From: Candidatus Saccharimonadota bacterium
GTDB lineage: Bacteria > Pseudomonadota > Gammaproteobacteria > Enterobacterales > Enterobacteriaceae
Length of the DNA stretch: 32,000 nt
NCBI GenBank assembly: GCA_049942765.1
Contig: CP188086.1
Span: forward strand, 510,001-542,000
Reading direction: 5' to 3'
Shown: positions 8,914 through 19,740 of the stretch, piece after piece
Position numbering within the stretch: the stretch's first letter is position 1
Layout of the letters: the number at the start of each line of letters is the position of its first letter
Position numbers and translations under genes: made by a program
Notes under the pieces: model-generated
The model's database searches: none
What the model saw: only the letters and a program-made list of their open reading frames with translations
Told to the model about the DNA's origin: nothing

Positions 8914-10554
8914 TTAAAAATTATGAAATATGTTTTGTATAACACCCCAATCTAATCTTTGATATAACGGTTGAAATACAGCAATTTCATGCGAAAGCAA
9001 TGGAACATGTATTGTTTTCCAGAGTAACTCAGTACGTAAAAATAATTCTGTATTTCGTGCTAAATTTGGTACAATAGGTTTTAACCAAACCATAATTATT
9101 CTAAATAAATTAATACCCATAGAACAAATATCTTGTACTTCTTCAATATTCTTTTTTGTTTTTAATAACATCCATGGCTTTCTAAAATTAATATATTGAT
9201 TACCTAAATCAGCATATTTCATAATATTTCTAATAGCTTTACTATATTCTCGATGTTCTAAGTTAAAAGATATATGTTCAGTATAACTTACAAAATTTTC
9301 ATATAGATTCATATCGTCTATTTTAGATGATAAGATACTATTGAAATATTTGTTTATAATTACAGCTGTTCTAGAAGCCAAATTGATTACCTTATTTACA
9401 ATATCTGCATTGACTTTTAATATTAACTCCTTTCCATCAATTTCAATATCATTCATATTAGACGATAATTTTGATGCATAATAATATCTTAAACTATCAG
9501 AATCACAATATTTTATCCAATCTTTAGCCAAAATCGCAGACCCCTGTGATTTAGATAATTTCAAACCTTTAATAGTAACATATCCATGCACAAATATTTT
9601 TGTTGGCTTTCGCCATTCCACTGAATCTAATATAGCAGGCCAAAATAAACTATGAAAATAAACAATATCTTTACCTATAAAATGATACAGATGAGCATCT
9701 GAATCAATTTTCCAAAAATCTTCAAAACATATTTTTTTATTTTTAAAACAAAAATTTTTAAAAGAACTTATATAACCAATAGGTGCATCTAACCATACAT
9801 AAAAGTATTTGTTATTATAATTAGGTATTTCAAAACCAAAATATGGTCCATCTCTAGAAATATCCCATTCCTTCAAACCAGTAACAAACCATTCTTTAAC
9901 TTTATTAATTACTTGATGATCTAAAACTCCTGAATATATCCATGTATACAACATATTTTTAAAATGAGGTACATCAAAAAATAAATGAACAGAACTACGT
10001 AATATTGGATGGGCTCCTGACAATATCGATCTAGGATTAAGTAATTCAATTGAGTTATAAATTGATCCACAACTATTGCAATTATCTCCATATTGATCGC
10101 TAATATGACATATTGGACATTGACCTTTAATAAAACGATCAGGTAAAAATATATTTTTTACAGGATCATATAACTGATCAATTTTTTTTTCAATAATCAA
10201 TTTTTTATTTTTAAATACAGCAAAAAATTTTTTTAAAAAAAATAAATTTTCTTCAGAATGAGTAGTATAATAATTATCATGAGAAATATCAAAAGATGAA
10301 AAATCGTTTATGTGTTCCAATAATATATCTTTTATCATTTCTTCTGATGAAATACCCAATTTATTGGATTTCATCATAATAGCTGTTCCATGCGTATCAT
10401 CAGCACATATAAAAAAAACTACATGACCACGTAATCTTTGATAACGAACCCATATATCTGCCTGAATATGTTCTAATAAGTGTCCAATATGGATTGGACC
10501 ATTTGCATATGGCAAAGCACAAGTCACCAACATTTTTTTTTTTAATGCTGACAT
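8914..10554 (-). CDS. metG: Methionine--tRNA ligase (short form lacking the C-terminal tRNA-binding/dimerisation domain)
   Basis: LVTCALPYANGPIHIGHLLEH (HIGH motif), the Zn knuckle CPICHISDQYGDNCNSCG, and KLSKSQG (KMSKS motif). I prefer the ATG at 10554 (MSALKKKMLVTC, compare E. coli MTQVAKKILVTC) with AGGA 8 nt upstream. That gives 546 aa against 677 aa in E. coli. Confidence 0.93.
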   Translation of the reverse strand: MSALKKKMLVTCALPYANGPIHIGHLLEHIQADIWVRYQRLRGHVVFFICADDTHGTAIMMKSNKLGISSEEMIKDILLEHINDFSSFDISHDNYYTTHSEENLFFLKKFFAVFKNKKLIIEKKIDQLYDPVKNIFLPDRFIKGQCPICHISDQYGDNCNSCGSIYNSIELLNPRSILSGAHPILRSSVHLFFDVPHFKNMLYTWIYSGVLDHQVINKVKEWFVTGLKEWDISRDGPYFGFEIPNYNNKYFYVWLDAPIGYISSFKNFCFKNKKICFEDFWKIDSDAHLYHFIGKDIVYFHSLFWPAILDSVEWRKPTKIFVHGYVTIKGLKLSKSQGSAILAKDWIKYCDSDSLRYYYASKLSSNMNDIEIDGKELILKVNADIVNKVINLASRTAVIINKYFNSILSSKIDDMNLYENFVSYTEHISFNLEHREYSKAIRNIMKYADLGNQYINFRKPWMLLKTKKNIEEVQDICSMGINLFRIIMVWLKPIVPNLARNTELFLRTELLWKTIHVPLLSHEIAVFQPLYQRLDWGVIQNIFHNF

Positions 10555-10821
10555 AGAATAATTCCTATACATTATAAATTTAAGTAAATATATACTAATT
10601 AAAGTTTAATTAATCTTATATACATCAAATAAAAAAAAATAACTAATGTAGTTTAAAAAAATTTTATTAAATAAAAATTCTTATACACAAATGAATTAAT
10701 AATGTAATAAAAAATCCATTACTATATATAAAATAAATATTTCGATAATAAACGTCATTATCTTTATATTATAAATATATAAAAAATATTTAACATAATA
10801 TACATTTATTATATAAACAAA

Positions 10822-11406
10822 TTAAATATCTTTACCAATCTTACTAATTACCACACTATCTTGATTCCAATATTTAGCACTAGACCTAATATTATAAGGT
10901 CTAATAGATTTACTAGACAATGACTCAAAACTAATAGCACCTATCAACATTCCTGGCTGTAATAATAACGTCATTTCACCTAAATTATAAATTTCTAATA
11001 CAATATAACCAATCCATCCAGGATCAATCCTATGTGAAGTAGCATGTACCATTAAACCTAAACGAGCTAAAGAAGATCGTCCATCTAACCAACCTACTAA
11101 AAAACTCGGTAAAATAATCATTTCTTTTGTAAGAGATAAAACAAAACTACCTGGTTTTAATGCAAAAAACTCTGTATTCAATAAAGTCATTTCAGGACTC
11201 ATCATTCTATCTAACACTTGTTGAATCTCTTGTTTTTTTCCATTTAAATTAATTACATGAGCATTTTTTTTTTGAAAAACTCTAAATTTGTTACCTAACT
11301 TAATATCTACTGTTACACCATGAATATGTTTTTTATCCGGTCGCGGAGTAATTTTTAATAATCCACTATCCAACCAACCTTCAATATCTTGATCAGATAA
11401 ACGCAT
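10822..11406 (-). CDS. dcd: dCTP deaminase
   Basis: MRLSDQDIEGWLDSGLLKI aligns with E. coli MRLCDRDIEAWLDEGRLSI. Starting at ATG 11406 (AGGA 6 nt upstream) gives 194 aa against 193 aa in E. coli. The ORF-track N-terminal extension was rejected. Confidence 0.93.
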   Translation of the reverse strand: MRLSDQDIEGWLDSGLLKITPRPDKKHIHGVTVDIKLGNKFRVFQKKNAHVINLNGKKQEIQQVLDRMMSPEMTLLNTEFFALKPGSFVLSLTKEMIILPSFLVGWLDGRSSLARLGLMVHATSHRIDPGWIGYIVLEIYNLGEMTLLLQPGMLIGAISFESLSSKSIRPYNIRSSAKYWNQDSVVISKIGKDI

Positions 11407-11617
11407 TTTATTTCCTATAAATTTAAAAAAAAACAATAATATATTGTACTCAAATAATCAATTAATATATACTTTAAATTAAGGTTAAATGTTAATAATT
11501 TTATTTTAAAATAAATATAAATTTTTATATTTTCAAATTAATTAAAGAAAATACAACAAAATATTAGTTAACAATATCAATCAAATATCAAACAAATCTG
11601 ATTATGTTCCAATAAGT

Positions 11618-11654
11618 AAATTATAAAAAAGAGATGCTTAAAACTAGCATCTCT
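11618..11654 (-). terminator. Putative intrinsic terminator downstream of gnd
   Basis: The minus-strand RNA reads AGAGAUGCU-AGUUUUA-AGCAUCUCU (perfect 9-bp stem, 4 G:C pairs) followed by UUUUUAUAAUUU. It lies about 100 nt after the gnd stop and upstream of dcd. Confidence 0.6.
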
Positions 11655-11754
11655 ATTAGACTCAACAAAAATAACGTAACCAACAATAAACAAAAATTAA
11701 AATTAAATAATTAATATATAAATATATAGATAGCACTACATTTATTTTTTTTAA

Positions 11755-13167
11755 TTAAATTGAATTCCAATTAGTATGATACACACCAGGTTTATCAATT
11801 CTTTGATAAGAATGAGCACCAAAATAATCTCTTTGTGCCTGAATTAAATTAGTCGGCAAATGCACATTTCTATAGCTGTCATAATAAGAAATAGCAGCAG
11901 AAAAAGCAGGTACTGCAATTCCATGTAACACTGCATGAGATACTACAACTCTTAAAGAAGTATGATATTTGTTAGCAATACTTTGAAAATAAGGAGTTAA
12001 TAATAAGTTTACTAAATATTTATCTGATAAATAAGAACTAATAATTTTATCTAAAAATTTTGCTCGAATAATACAACCAGACCGAAAAATTTTTGCTATT
12101 TCATGATATTTTAAATTCCAATCATATTTCTCTGATGCTAATCTCAATTGAGAAAATCCTTGAGTATACGATATAATCTTTCCTAAATATAGTGCTTGTC
12201 GTATTTGTTCAATAAACACTGATTTATCAGAAGTAAAATTAATATTTTTAGGACCTAATAATAATTGAGAAGCTTGTTGTCGCTGAGATTTTAGAGATGA
12301 TAAATAACGAAAAAATACAGATTCTGTAATTAATGATAAAGGAGCACCTAATTCCAAAGCACTTTGACTAGTCCATGTTCCAGTACCTTTGTTATCAGCT
12401 TCATCTACAATAACATCAATTAAATATTTACCAGAAACATCTTTCATAGTAAAAATATTTTTTGTTATATCAATTAAATAACTATTTAATTCCCCTTTAT
12501 TCCAATCTGAAAAAGTATCTGATAGTGAATCATTACTCATATTAACAATATATTTTAATAATGCATATGACTCGGAAATTAATTGCATATCACTATATTC
12601 TATACCATTATGAACCATTTTTACATAATGTCCTGAACCGTCTGGACCAATATGACTAACACATGGTTCACCCTGAGCTGTAGCTGCAATATCTTTAAAA
12701 ATAGGAGCTATTAAATTATATGCTTCTTGTGATCCACCAGGCATAATAGCTGGACCATTTAAAGCACCATTTTCACCTCCTGATACTCCAGTACCAATAA
12801 AATGAATACCCAATTTATGTAATTGATGATAACGTCTCATAGTATCTTGATAAAAAGCATTACCACCATCTATAACAACATCACCAACACTTAAATAAGG
12901 AACAATAGAAGATATAATTTTATCTGTAGCTTTACCAGCTTGAATCATTAATAAAACTAATTTAGGAGATTGTAAAGAACTAATAAAATCTTTAATAGAA
13001 TAATAAGGAAATATTTTTTTTTTAGGATTTTGTAACAAAATTTCTTCTGTTTTCTTTCTAGAACGATTAAAAATCGATACTCGATAATTATGATTAGCAA
13101 TATTTAATGCTAAATTCCTACCCATGACAGCCATACCAATTACACCTATTTGTTGCTTTTCAATCAT
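11755..13167 (-). CDS. gnd: 6-phosphogluconate dehydrogenase (decarboxylating)
   Basis: 470 aa. [16 protein letters not shown] (Rossmann fold), [11 protein letters not shown] and [18 protein letters not shown] match, with full-length colinearity to E. coli Gnd (468 aa). ATG start with GGAG 7 nt upstream. Confidence 0.96.
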   Translation of the reverse strand: MIEKQQIGVIGMAVMGRNLALNIANHNYRVSIFNRSRKKTEEILLQNPKKKIFPYYSIKDFISSLQSPKLVLLMIQAGKATDKIISSIVPYLSVGDVVIDGGNAFYQDTMRRYHQLHKLGIHFIGTGVSGGENGALNGPAIMPGGSQEAYNLIAPIFKDIAATAQGEPCVSHIGPDGSGHYVKMVHNGIEYSDMQLISESYALLKYIVNMSNDSLSDTFSDWNKGELNSYLIDITKNIFTMKDVSGKYLIDVIVDEADNKGTGTWTSQSALELGAPLSLITESVFFRYLSSLKSQRQQASQLLLGPKNINFTSDKSVFIEQIRQALYLGKIISYTQGFSQLRLASEKYDWNLKYHEIAKIFRSGCIIRAKFLDKIISSYLSDKYLVNLLLTPYFQSIANKYHTSLRVVVSHAVLHGIAVPAFSAAISYYDSYRNVHLPTNLIQAQRDYFGAHSYQRIDKPGVYHTNWNSI

Positions 13168-13555
13168 TTTTTATCTCCTGTACTACTTACTTATATATTT
13201 TATTTATAATAAATTCTCATTAACAATGAAAATATAACTATATTGTATTCACTACATCCTTTTTATCACAATATTCGTTTGAGACAAAGAAATTACATTC
13301 TATAAACAAACATAAAAATTATCATTTAGACACGCATCTATTCAACAAAAAATAAATAATAATTTATTATACTATTGTTATTAACATATTGCTTACAAAA
13401 TCAGTATATATTCTACAATTAACAATTATAAATTTGATAAACCATACGTCATTTAAAATAAAAATAATATATACAAACAATATAAATATCAAAATATTAT
13501 TCAAAATTCACTATTAAAATAAAAACATAACAAACAAATAATTATAAACATTACA

Positions 13556-14185
13556 TTAACTCATAGATAGATTAATATGTCGTTTTTTTAAGTTATCAAC
13601 AATAACATTTAAATCTATATTTCTATCATTCAATAATACTAAAAAATGATACATTAAATCAGAAGCTTCATTAATAAATTCATCATCATCATTAGTCATA
13701 GCAGACAAAGACAATTCTATTGCTTCTTCTGATACTTTTTGAGCTATTCTTTTAGTACCATAATTACATAACTTAAATGTATATGAATTAATAGAACCTG
13801 ATTTTTTTCTATCACGAATTAATTGTTCTAATTTAAATAAAAACAAAAATGGTAAAAAATCCACACCAAAAAAACAACTAAAGCGATTCAAATGACAAAC
13901 ATTACCTGTAGGATTCACCAAAATTAAAATAGTATCATAGTCACAATCCACTTTTATATTCATAACTAACAAACTATTATTAGAAGTTTCACCTTTAGTC
14001 CATAAACGTTTTTTTGTTCTAGAATAAAACGTTACAATTTTGTCTTTTAACGTATGATTTAACGCTAATAAATTCATATAACCATGCATTAATACTTCGC
14101 CAGAAATGTAGTGCTGTACTATAACAGGTAACATACCATCTACTTTATCCCAATTTAACTTAGATAATTGTTGGTCTAATAACAT
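13556..14185 (-). CDS. hisI: Bifunctional phosphoribosyl-AMP cyclohydrolase / phosphoribosyl-ATP pyrophosphatase
   Basis: [33 protein letters not shown] aligns with the E. coli HisI N-terminus, and the C-terminus has [14 protein letters not shown]. The ATG at 14185 has GGAG 8 nt upstream and overlaps the hisF end by 10 nt. Confidence 0.93.
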   Translation of the reverse strand: MLLDQQLSKLNWDKVDGMLPVIVQHYISGEVLMHGYMNLLALNHTLKDKIVTFYSRTKKRLWTKGETSNNSLLVMNIKVDCDYDTILILVNPTGNVCHLNRFSCFFGVDFLPFLFLFKLEQLIRDRKKSGSINSYTFKLCNYGTKRIAQKVSEEAIELSLSAMTNDDDEFINEASDLMYHFLVLLNDRNIDLNVIVDNLKKRHINLSMS

Positions 14186-14955
14186 TCCCGAATCTCCAAT
14201 CCTTTGTTTATTAAAAAACATTTTAAATCTTTAATATTAATGATTTGATTATGGAATACTGTTGCTGCTAAAGCACCTTCCACTTGAGAAATATTAAAAA
14301 CATCATAGAAATCAGACATTCCCCCTGCTCCACCTGAAGCTATTAAAGGTACTTTACATATTTTTCTAATACTGCTTAACTGCAACAAATCATAACCATT
14401 ACAAACACCATCATGATTCATAACATTTAATACAATTTCTCCTGCACCTAAAATTTGAACTTTTTCAACCCAATCTTCAGTTATCCACTGTGTTTGCAAC
14501 GTTCTTTTATTATCTCCAGTATATTGATATACTTTATAATTCTCATCTTTTTCATCAAACCAGGAATCAATACCCACAACCAAACACTGAGTTCCAAATT
14601 GATCAGCTATTCTGGAGATTAAACTAGGATCTGCAAGAGCAGGTGAATTAATAGAAATTTTATCTGCACCATACGACAATATTTTTTTTACATCTAAAAT
14701 AGTTTTAATTCCACCAGCAACACAAAATGGAATATCAATAATTTCAGCTATTTCAGAGATCCATTCATAATTTACTAATTCATTATTTGGAGATGCTGAA
14801 ATGTCATAAAAAACTAATTCATCAGCACCTTCTTTTATATAACGTGTTATTAACGGTAATATACTACCAATAATTTTATGATTTTTAAATTGAACTCCCT
14901 TTACTACTATGCCATCCCTGACATCTAAACATGGTATAATCCTTTTTGCCAACAC
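14176..14955 (-). CDS. hisF: Imidazole glycerol phosphate synthase, cyclase subunit
   Basis: (M)[14 protein letters not shown] is near-identical to the E. coli HisF N-terminus (259 aa vs 258). The start codon is GTG (14955..14953) with GGAGG 7 nt upstream, lying inside the hisA 3' end. Confidence 0.96.
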   Translation of the reverse strand: MLAKRIIPCLDVRDGIVVKGVQFKNHKIIGSILPLITRYIKEGADELVFYDISASPNNELVNYEWISEIAEIIDIPFCVAGGIKTILDVKKILSYGADKISINSPALADPSLISRIADQFGTQCLVVGIDSWFDEKDENYKVYQYTGDNKRTLQTQWITEDWVEKVQILGAGEIVLNVMNHDGVCNGYDLLQLSSIRKICKVPLIASGGAGGMSDFYDVFNISQVEGALAATVFHNQIINIKDLKCFLINKGLEIRECY

Positions 14956-15668
14956 TTAACAGCCTCCGAAATCGTAAATTTTTTATCTAATAAACCTCGA
15001 CCAATAATAATATCGTGAACACCTGTTTTTTGTAAAGATTCAATATGTTTAATCGATCCTATACCTCCAGAAGATTGAAATAGTAAATTTGGAAAACGCT
15101 TACAAATGTCTTGATACAACTGAATACTACTACCAGTTAAAGTACCATCTCTTTCTATATCAGTACATAAAACATATTTTAATCCATAAGCAATATAAAA
15201 ATTTAAAATATCTTCTAGTAACAAACCAGTATTAGTTTTCCAACCATTAATGAATATTTCTTTCTTATCCAATCCTTTTACGTCAAATGCAAGAACAATC
15301 ACATCCGGGCCATACATCGATAAACATTTAATTACTAATGATTTATTAGTAATGGCTAATGATCCCAACACAACTCTTTTAGCTCCATATGATATCAATC
15401 GATTAATATCTTCTAAAGATCGAATCCCACCACCTACTTGAATATCTATACTACTATTAGAAAATATTTTTTTAAATAATGTATCTTGCTTATGTAAAGG
15501 ATTTTCAGCTCCATCTAAATCCACAATATGAACTATTGATATTCCTGATTGATGATATTCTTCTAAATATATCTCAATAGAATTACAATAATTCATTTTA
15601 TTTTCATAATTTCCTTGATACAAACGCACTATTTTACCACGAATCACATCTAAAGATGGAATAATCAT
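14925..15668 (-). CDS. hisA: ProFAR isomerase (1-(5-phosphoribosyl)-5-[(5-phosphoribosylamino)methylideneamino]imidazole-4-carboxamide isomerase)
   Basis: [35 protein letters not shown] and SSGGIGS match HisA. 247 aa against 245 aa in E. coli. Confidence 0.96.
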   Translation of the reverse strand: MIIPSLDVIRGKIVRLYQGNYENKMNYCNSIEIYLEEYHQSGISIVHIVDLDGAENPLHKQDTLFKKIFSNSSIDIQVGGGIRSLEDINRLISYGAKRVVLGSLAITNKSLVIKCLSMYGPDVIVLAFDVKGLDKKEIFINGWKTNTGLLLEDILNFYIAYGLKYVLCTDIERDGTLTGSSIQLYQDICKRFPNLLFQSSGGIGSIKHIESLQKTGVHDIIIGRGLLDKKFTISEAVKCWQKGLYHV

Positions 15669-15680
15669 ATTTTATATCTC

Positions 15681-16271
15681 TCAAATCTTTAAAAAATTTT
15701 TTAATACCGTCTGTCCAGACAAACCAGACTTTTCTGGATGAAATTGAACACCAAAAAAATTGTTGTATTGTATAGAAGATGAAAAATTAACACCATATAA
15801 TGTACTAGAAATTGTATATTTATTTATAGGCATAGCATAACTATGTAAAAAATAAAATCGATCTTTAATTGTAATATTTTTAAATAATGGATTTTCACTA
15901 ATGATATCGATAGAATTCCAACCAACATGAGGTAATACTAATCCCTTACTATCAATTAAAGATACTATGTCCGGGACAATACCCAATGATTTTACACCAC
16001 CTGATTCTTCACTATGTAACCCTAAAACTTGCATCCCTAAACAAATACCCAATAACGGTTGTGTAATCTCTCTAATAATATTAACTAAATTCATGAAATA
16101 TAATCTATCCATCACTGCAGAAATTGTACCAATACCAGGAAAAATTATTTTTTCAGCACAGGAAATTTTATGCATGTCATCACTAATCTCTACAGAATAA
16201 CCTAATCTTTCAACAGAGTGTTGTACAGATAATAAATTAGAACTCCCAGTATTTAATATAACAACTTTCAT
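15681..16271 (-). CDS. hisH: Imidazole glycerol phosphate synthase, glutamine amidotransferase subunit
   Basis: 196 aa, as in E. coli HisH. PGIGT, LLGICLGMQVL (nucleophilic Cys) and GVQFHPEKSG are present. Confidence 0.96.
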   Translation of the reverse strand: MKVVILNTGSSNLLSVQHSVERLGYSVEISDDMHKISCAEKIIFPGIGTISAVMDRLYFMNLVNIIREITQPLLGICLGMQVLGLHSEESGGVKSLGIVPDIVSLIDSKGLVLPHVGWNSIDIISENPLFKNITIKDRFYFLHSYAMPINKYTISSTLYGVNFSSSIQYNNFFGVQFHPEKSGLSGQTVLKNFLKI

Positions 16272-17345
16272 TTATAACATTCCTTTAGAACTAGGTAAAG
16301 TACGACCATCTAGTTTGATTGCTTGTCTTAATGTTCTAGCAAATGCTTTAAATATACTTTCAATTGCATGATGATCGTTACGACCTTGAACTGTTATATG
16401 CATAGTGCTATGCATAGCATAACATAACGACCTAAAAAAATGTTCAACCATAATAGTACTAAAATCACTTACTTTTTGATAACAAAATTCACCAACAAAA
16501 CTAAAATATGGTCGATTAGATAAATCTAAAATACAACTACTAATACTTTCGTCCATAGGTAATGTACATCCAAACCGCTGAATTCCTATTCTATCTCCTA
16601 AAGCTTCATATAAAGCTGAACCTAAAGCTATTCCTGTATCTTCAATAATATGATGATCATCTACATGTAAATCACCCTTAGACAAAATATCTACCGAACA
16701 GCCACTATGAATCGGAATTTGCTCTAACATATGATCAAAAAAATTAATTCCTGTACTAATATTATATTTTTTCTCTAAATTTAAACATACTTCTACTATA
16801 ATATCTGTTTCTTTAGTTACGCGATGAATTTTAGAATATCTACTATTATGAATTATTTTAAATGCAATTTGACTCCAATCTAAATTATTTTTTCCATATT
16901 TCAATCCAATAATACCCATATTAGATGCTAATTCCAAATCTGTATCTCTATCCCCAATCACATAACTATTCTTTTTATCAAAACCAACCATATTTAACCA
17001 TGGAGTAACTAATCCTATCTTAGGTTTTCGACAAGTACAATTATCTATAACTTTATGTGGACAAATTAAAATATCATCAAAATCGATACCCTGAGATCGA
17101 AAAACTCGCAATATGAAATCATGTGACAATTTAAAGGATTCCAATGTAAATTCTTCTGTTCCTAATCCATCTTGATTAGTAATCATAATAAAACGATAAC
17201 CAATATCTTTTAAAGATAATAAAGAATAAAACACATCTGGCTTAAATTGAATCTTGTCAATTTTGTCAATTTGATAATTAACAGATGGTTCATCTACCAA
17301 AGTTCCATCACGATCAATAAATAAAAACTTTTTGTTACTATTCAT
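16272..17345 (-). CDS. hisB: Bifunctional histidinol-phosphatase / imidazoleglycerol-phosphate dehydratase
   Basis: 357 aa. FIDRDGTLV (HAD DxD motif), CxHxxxxxCxCRKP, and the dehydratase part DDHHIIEDTGIALG...NDHHAIESIFKAFARTL. The stop abuts the hisH ATG. Confidence 0.96.
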   Translation of the reverse strand: MNSNKKFLFIDRDGTLVDEPSVNYQIDKIDKIQFKPDVFYSLLSLKDIGYRFIMITNQDGLGTEEFTLESFKLSHDFILRVFRSQGIDFDDILICPHKVIDNCTCRKPKIGLVTPWLNMVGFDKKNSYVIGDRDTDLELASNMGIIGLKYGKNNLDWSQIAFKIIHNSRYSKIHRVTKETDIIVEVCLNLEKKYNISTGINFFDHMLEQIPIHSGCSVDILSKGDLHVDDHHIIEDTGIALGSALYEALGDRIGIQRFGCTLPMDESISSCILDLSNRPYFSFVGEFCYQKVSDFSTIMVEHFFRSLCYAMHSTMHITVQGRNDHHAIESIFKAFARTLRQAIKLDGRTLPSSKGML

Positions 17346-17363
17346 AGTATAGTATTATCCCAT

Positions 17364-18431
17364 CTAACTAGATATCTTTTGAAGTAATTTAATTAAATAT
17401 TCACACTCCTCACGAGTACCAATAGTAATTCTAATACATCCTGTTAAATGTAACTTCTTATTTTGATTTCTTAATACAACCCCTTGTTGTATTAAATAAT
17501 TAAATACACTATCACAGGAAATAAATTTCACTAAAATATAATTTGTAAAACTTAAAAATACACGTTCTACTATAGAAATATTATTTAATTTATTTATTAA
17601 CCAATATTTATTCTCCATTAATATATCTACACGATCTTTCATTAATTGAATATTATTAGTATTTAATGCACATAATGCAATATCAATTACTGGTGTAGAT
17701 AATGGATATGGTGCTATTACTTTAGATAACATTTGAATTACAGATGAATGAGCTATAGTAAATCCGCATCGTATTCCCGCTAATCCAAAACTTTTAGATA
17801 AAGTACGCAATACAATTAAGTTAGGAAACTCAGAAATCCAAGAAACAACACTATAATTTAATGCAAATTCAATATATGCCTCATCAATTACAACTAAAAC
17901 AGAACTACCTACACCATTTAAAATACTTTTAATATCATTTAACTGTAACAAATTACCAGTAGGGTTATTAGGATGACATAAATAAATTAATTTAACTTTA
18001 TCAATATTAGATAATATTAAAGAGACATTTATATTCCAATCAGAACCCATGTTACATATTTTATTTTTAACACCAGTAATAGCAGCACACACATTATACA
18101 TATCATATGTTGGAGGACATGAAATAATAGCATCGACACCTGGCTCACAAAAAACACGCATTAACAAATCAATACCTTCATCAGCACCACGAGTTACTAA
18201 TATCTGTTCAGGTAAACAACCAACATAATCTGAATATTTATTAATTAATTCATATGATTGAAACTCAGGATAACGATTTAAATCTTTTAATTTTACAGTT
18301 AAAGACATGGACATAGGTAATTCATTTGCATTTAACCAAGTAGTTCCAGTATATCCTATTCGTCTTGCTGACTGATAAGGAATCATCGTTAACACTTGTT
18401 TACGTACTACATTCGTAATATCAAAACTCAT
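17364..18431 (-). CDS. hisC: Histidinol-phosphate aminotransferase
   Basis: 355 aa. NANELP, RYPEFQ, CHPNNPTGN, DEAYIEF and RTLSKSFGLAGIRCGF (PLP Lys) match. The ATG overlaps the hisD TGA (ATGA at 18428..18431). Confidence 0.96.
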   Translation of the reverse strand: MSFDITNVVRKQVLTMIPYQSARRIGYTGTTWLNANELPMSMSLTVKLKDLNRYPEFQSYELINKYSDYVGCLPEQILVTRGADEGIDLLMRVFCEPGVDAIISCPPTYDMYNVCAAITGVKNKICNMGSDWNINVSLILSNIDKVKLIYLCHPNNPTGNLLQLNDIKSILNGVGSSVLVVIDEAYIEFALNYSVVSWISEFPNLIVLRTLSKSFGLAGIRCGFTIAHSSVIQMLSKVIAPYPLSTPVIDIALCALNTNNIQLMKDRVDILMENKYWLINKLNNISIVERVFLSFTNYILVKFISCDSVFNYLIQQGVVLRNQNKKLHLTGCIRITIGTREECEYLIKLLQKISS

Positions 18432-19732
18432 ATTTTACCCTTTAATGATTCTAATCGTATAGATACAGAACGTTTATGTGCAGTCATTTGTTCTACATCC
18501 GACAATAACTGTACAGAATTAGCTACTCGCAATAAACCGTCAAAAGTTAACTCTTGGACACTTACTCTTTTTTGAAAATCGACTAAACTTAAACCAGAAC
18601 ATTTAGAAGAATAACCATACGTTGGCAATACATGATTTGTACCAGAAATATAATCACCTACCGATACTGGTGACCAAGGCCCTAAAAATATTGATCCAGC
18701 ATTAGTAATATAAGATAAAATCTCTTTATAATTTGTCAAATTAAGTATTAAATGTTCTGGTCCATAACTATTTGATATTTTAACGCACGACATTAAATCA
18801 TTAGCAACAATAAAACGACTATGTTTAAGAGCAGATATAATAATTTCATAACGAGGTAGACCTTTAATCTGATGTTTTATAGAATTCATAACTAACTGTG
18901 TTAAACTTAAACTTGTCGTTAATAATATTACCTGAGAATCTATTCCATGCTCTGCTTGTGATAATAAATCAGAAGCTATAAAATCTGGGTTCGCATTATC
19001 ATCAGCAATAATTAATACTTCAGAAGGACCAGCTAACATATCAATACTTGATCCTTCAATCATTTTACTAACTTGTAATTTAGCTTCGGTTACATATGCA
19101 TTTCCAGGACCAAAAATTTTATCAACTTGATAAACACTTTCAGTGCCACAACTCATAGCAGCTATAGCTTGAGCACCTCCTATTTGATAAATTGTATTAA
19201 TATTACATAGATAAGCAGTAGCTAAGATTTGATCTGATATTGGTGGAGGAGAACACAAAATTATTTTTTTACATCCAGCTAATCTTGCAGGAATTCCTAA
19301 CATTAATACTGTAGAACATAATGAAGCTGAACCACCTGGTACATATAAACCTACAGATTTAATAGGTAACACCATTTGGGAACAACGAAGACCAGATTCA
19401 ACTTCAATATCTATTGCAGTTTGCAATCGTTGAGCACAATGAAAACGCTCAATATTTTTTTTAGCATGCAATATAGCATTTTTAAACTCACAAGAAATAT
19501 TTTTAAACGATTTTAAAATAACTTCTTCGCTAACTTGAATAGTTTTTAACTTAATAGAATCAAAAAGATAAGTATAATGTAATAATGATTCATCACCCAA
19601 TTGAGAAACATTCTTAATAATCTTTTTTACAATACTTTTAATGTTATTTTGATCCTTAACTATTGGACGCAGTAACATTTGTTTTTTTTTTAAAACATCT
19701 AATTTATCCCAAAACAAAATATCATTAAACAT
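18428..19732 (-). CDS. hisD: Histidinol dehydrogenase
   Basis: Starting at ATG 19732 (GGAG at 19740..19737) gives 434 aa, equal to E. coli HisD. SQAEHGIDSQ, GPEHLIL, GDYISGTNHVLPT and TAHKRSV match. The 29-codon ORF-track extension overlapping hisG was rejected. Confidence 0.94.
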   Translation of the reverse strand: MFNDILFWDKLDVLKKKQMLLRPIVKDQNNIKSIVKKIIKNVSQLGDESLLHYTYLFDSIKLKTIQVSEEVILKSFKNISCEFKNAILHAKKNIERFHCAQRLQTAIDIEVESGLRCSQMVLPIKSVGLYVPGGSASLCSTVLMLGIPARLAGCKKIILCSPPPISDQILATAYLCNINTIYQIGGAQAIAAMSCGTESVYQVDKIFGPGNAYVTEAKLQVSKMIEGSSIDMLAGPSEVLIIADDNANPDFIASDLLSQAEHGIDSQVILLTTSLSLTQLVMNSIKHQIKGLPRYEIIISALKHSRFIVANDLMSCVKISNSYGPEHLILNLTNYKEILSYITNAGSIFLGPWSPVSVGDYISGTNHVLPTYGYSSKCSGLSLVDFQKRVSVQELTFDGLLRVANSVQLLSDVEQMTAHKRSVSIRLESLKGKI

Positions 19733-19740
19733 AAATCTCC

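Noticed and set aside
10744-10762. Short hairpins downstream of dcd (GATAAT-N7-ATTATC) and of smrB (ATACAAT-N7-ATTGTAT, around 21048..21068) as terminators
   Set aside because: The stems are 6-7 bp with at most one or two G:C pairs and no convincing U-tract. They cannot be distinguished from background AT palindromes.
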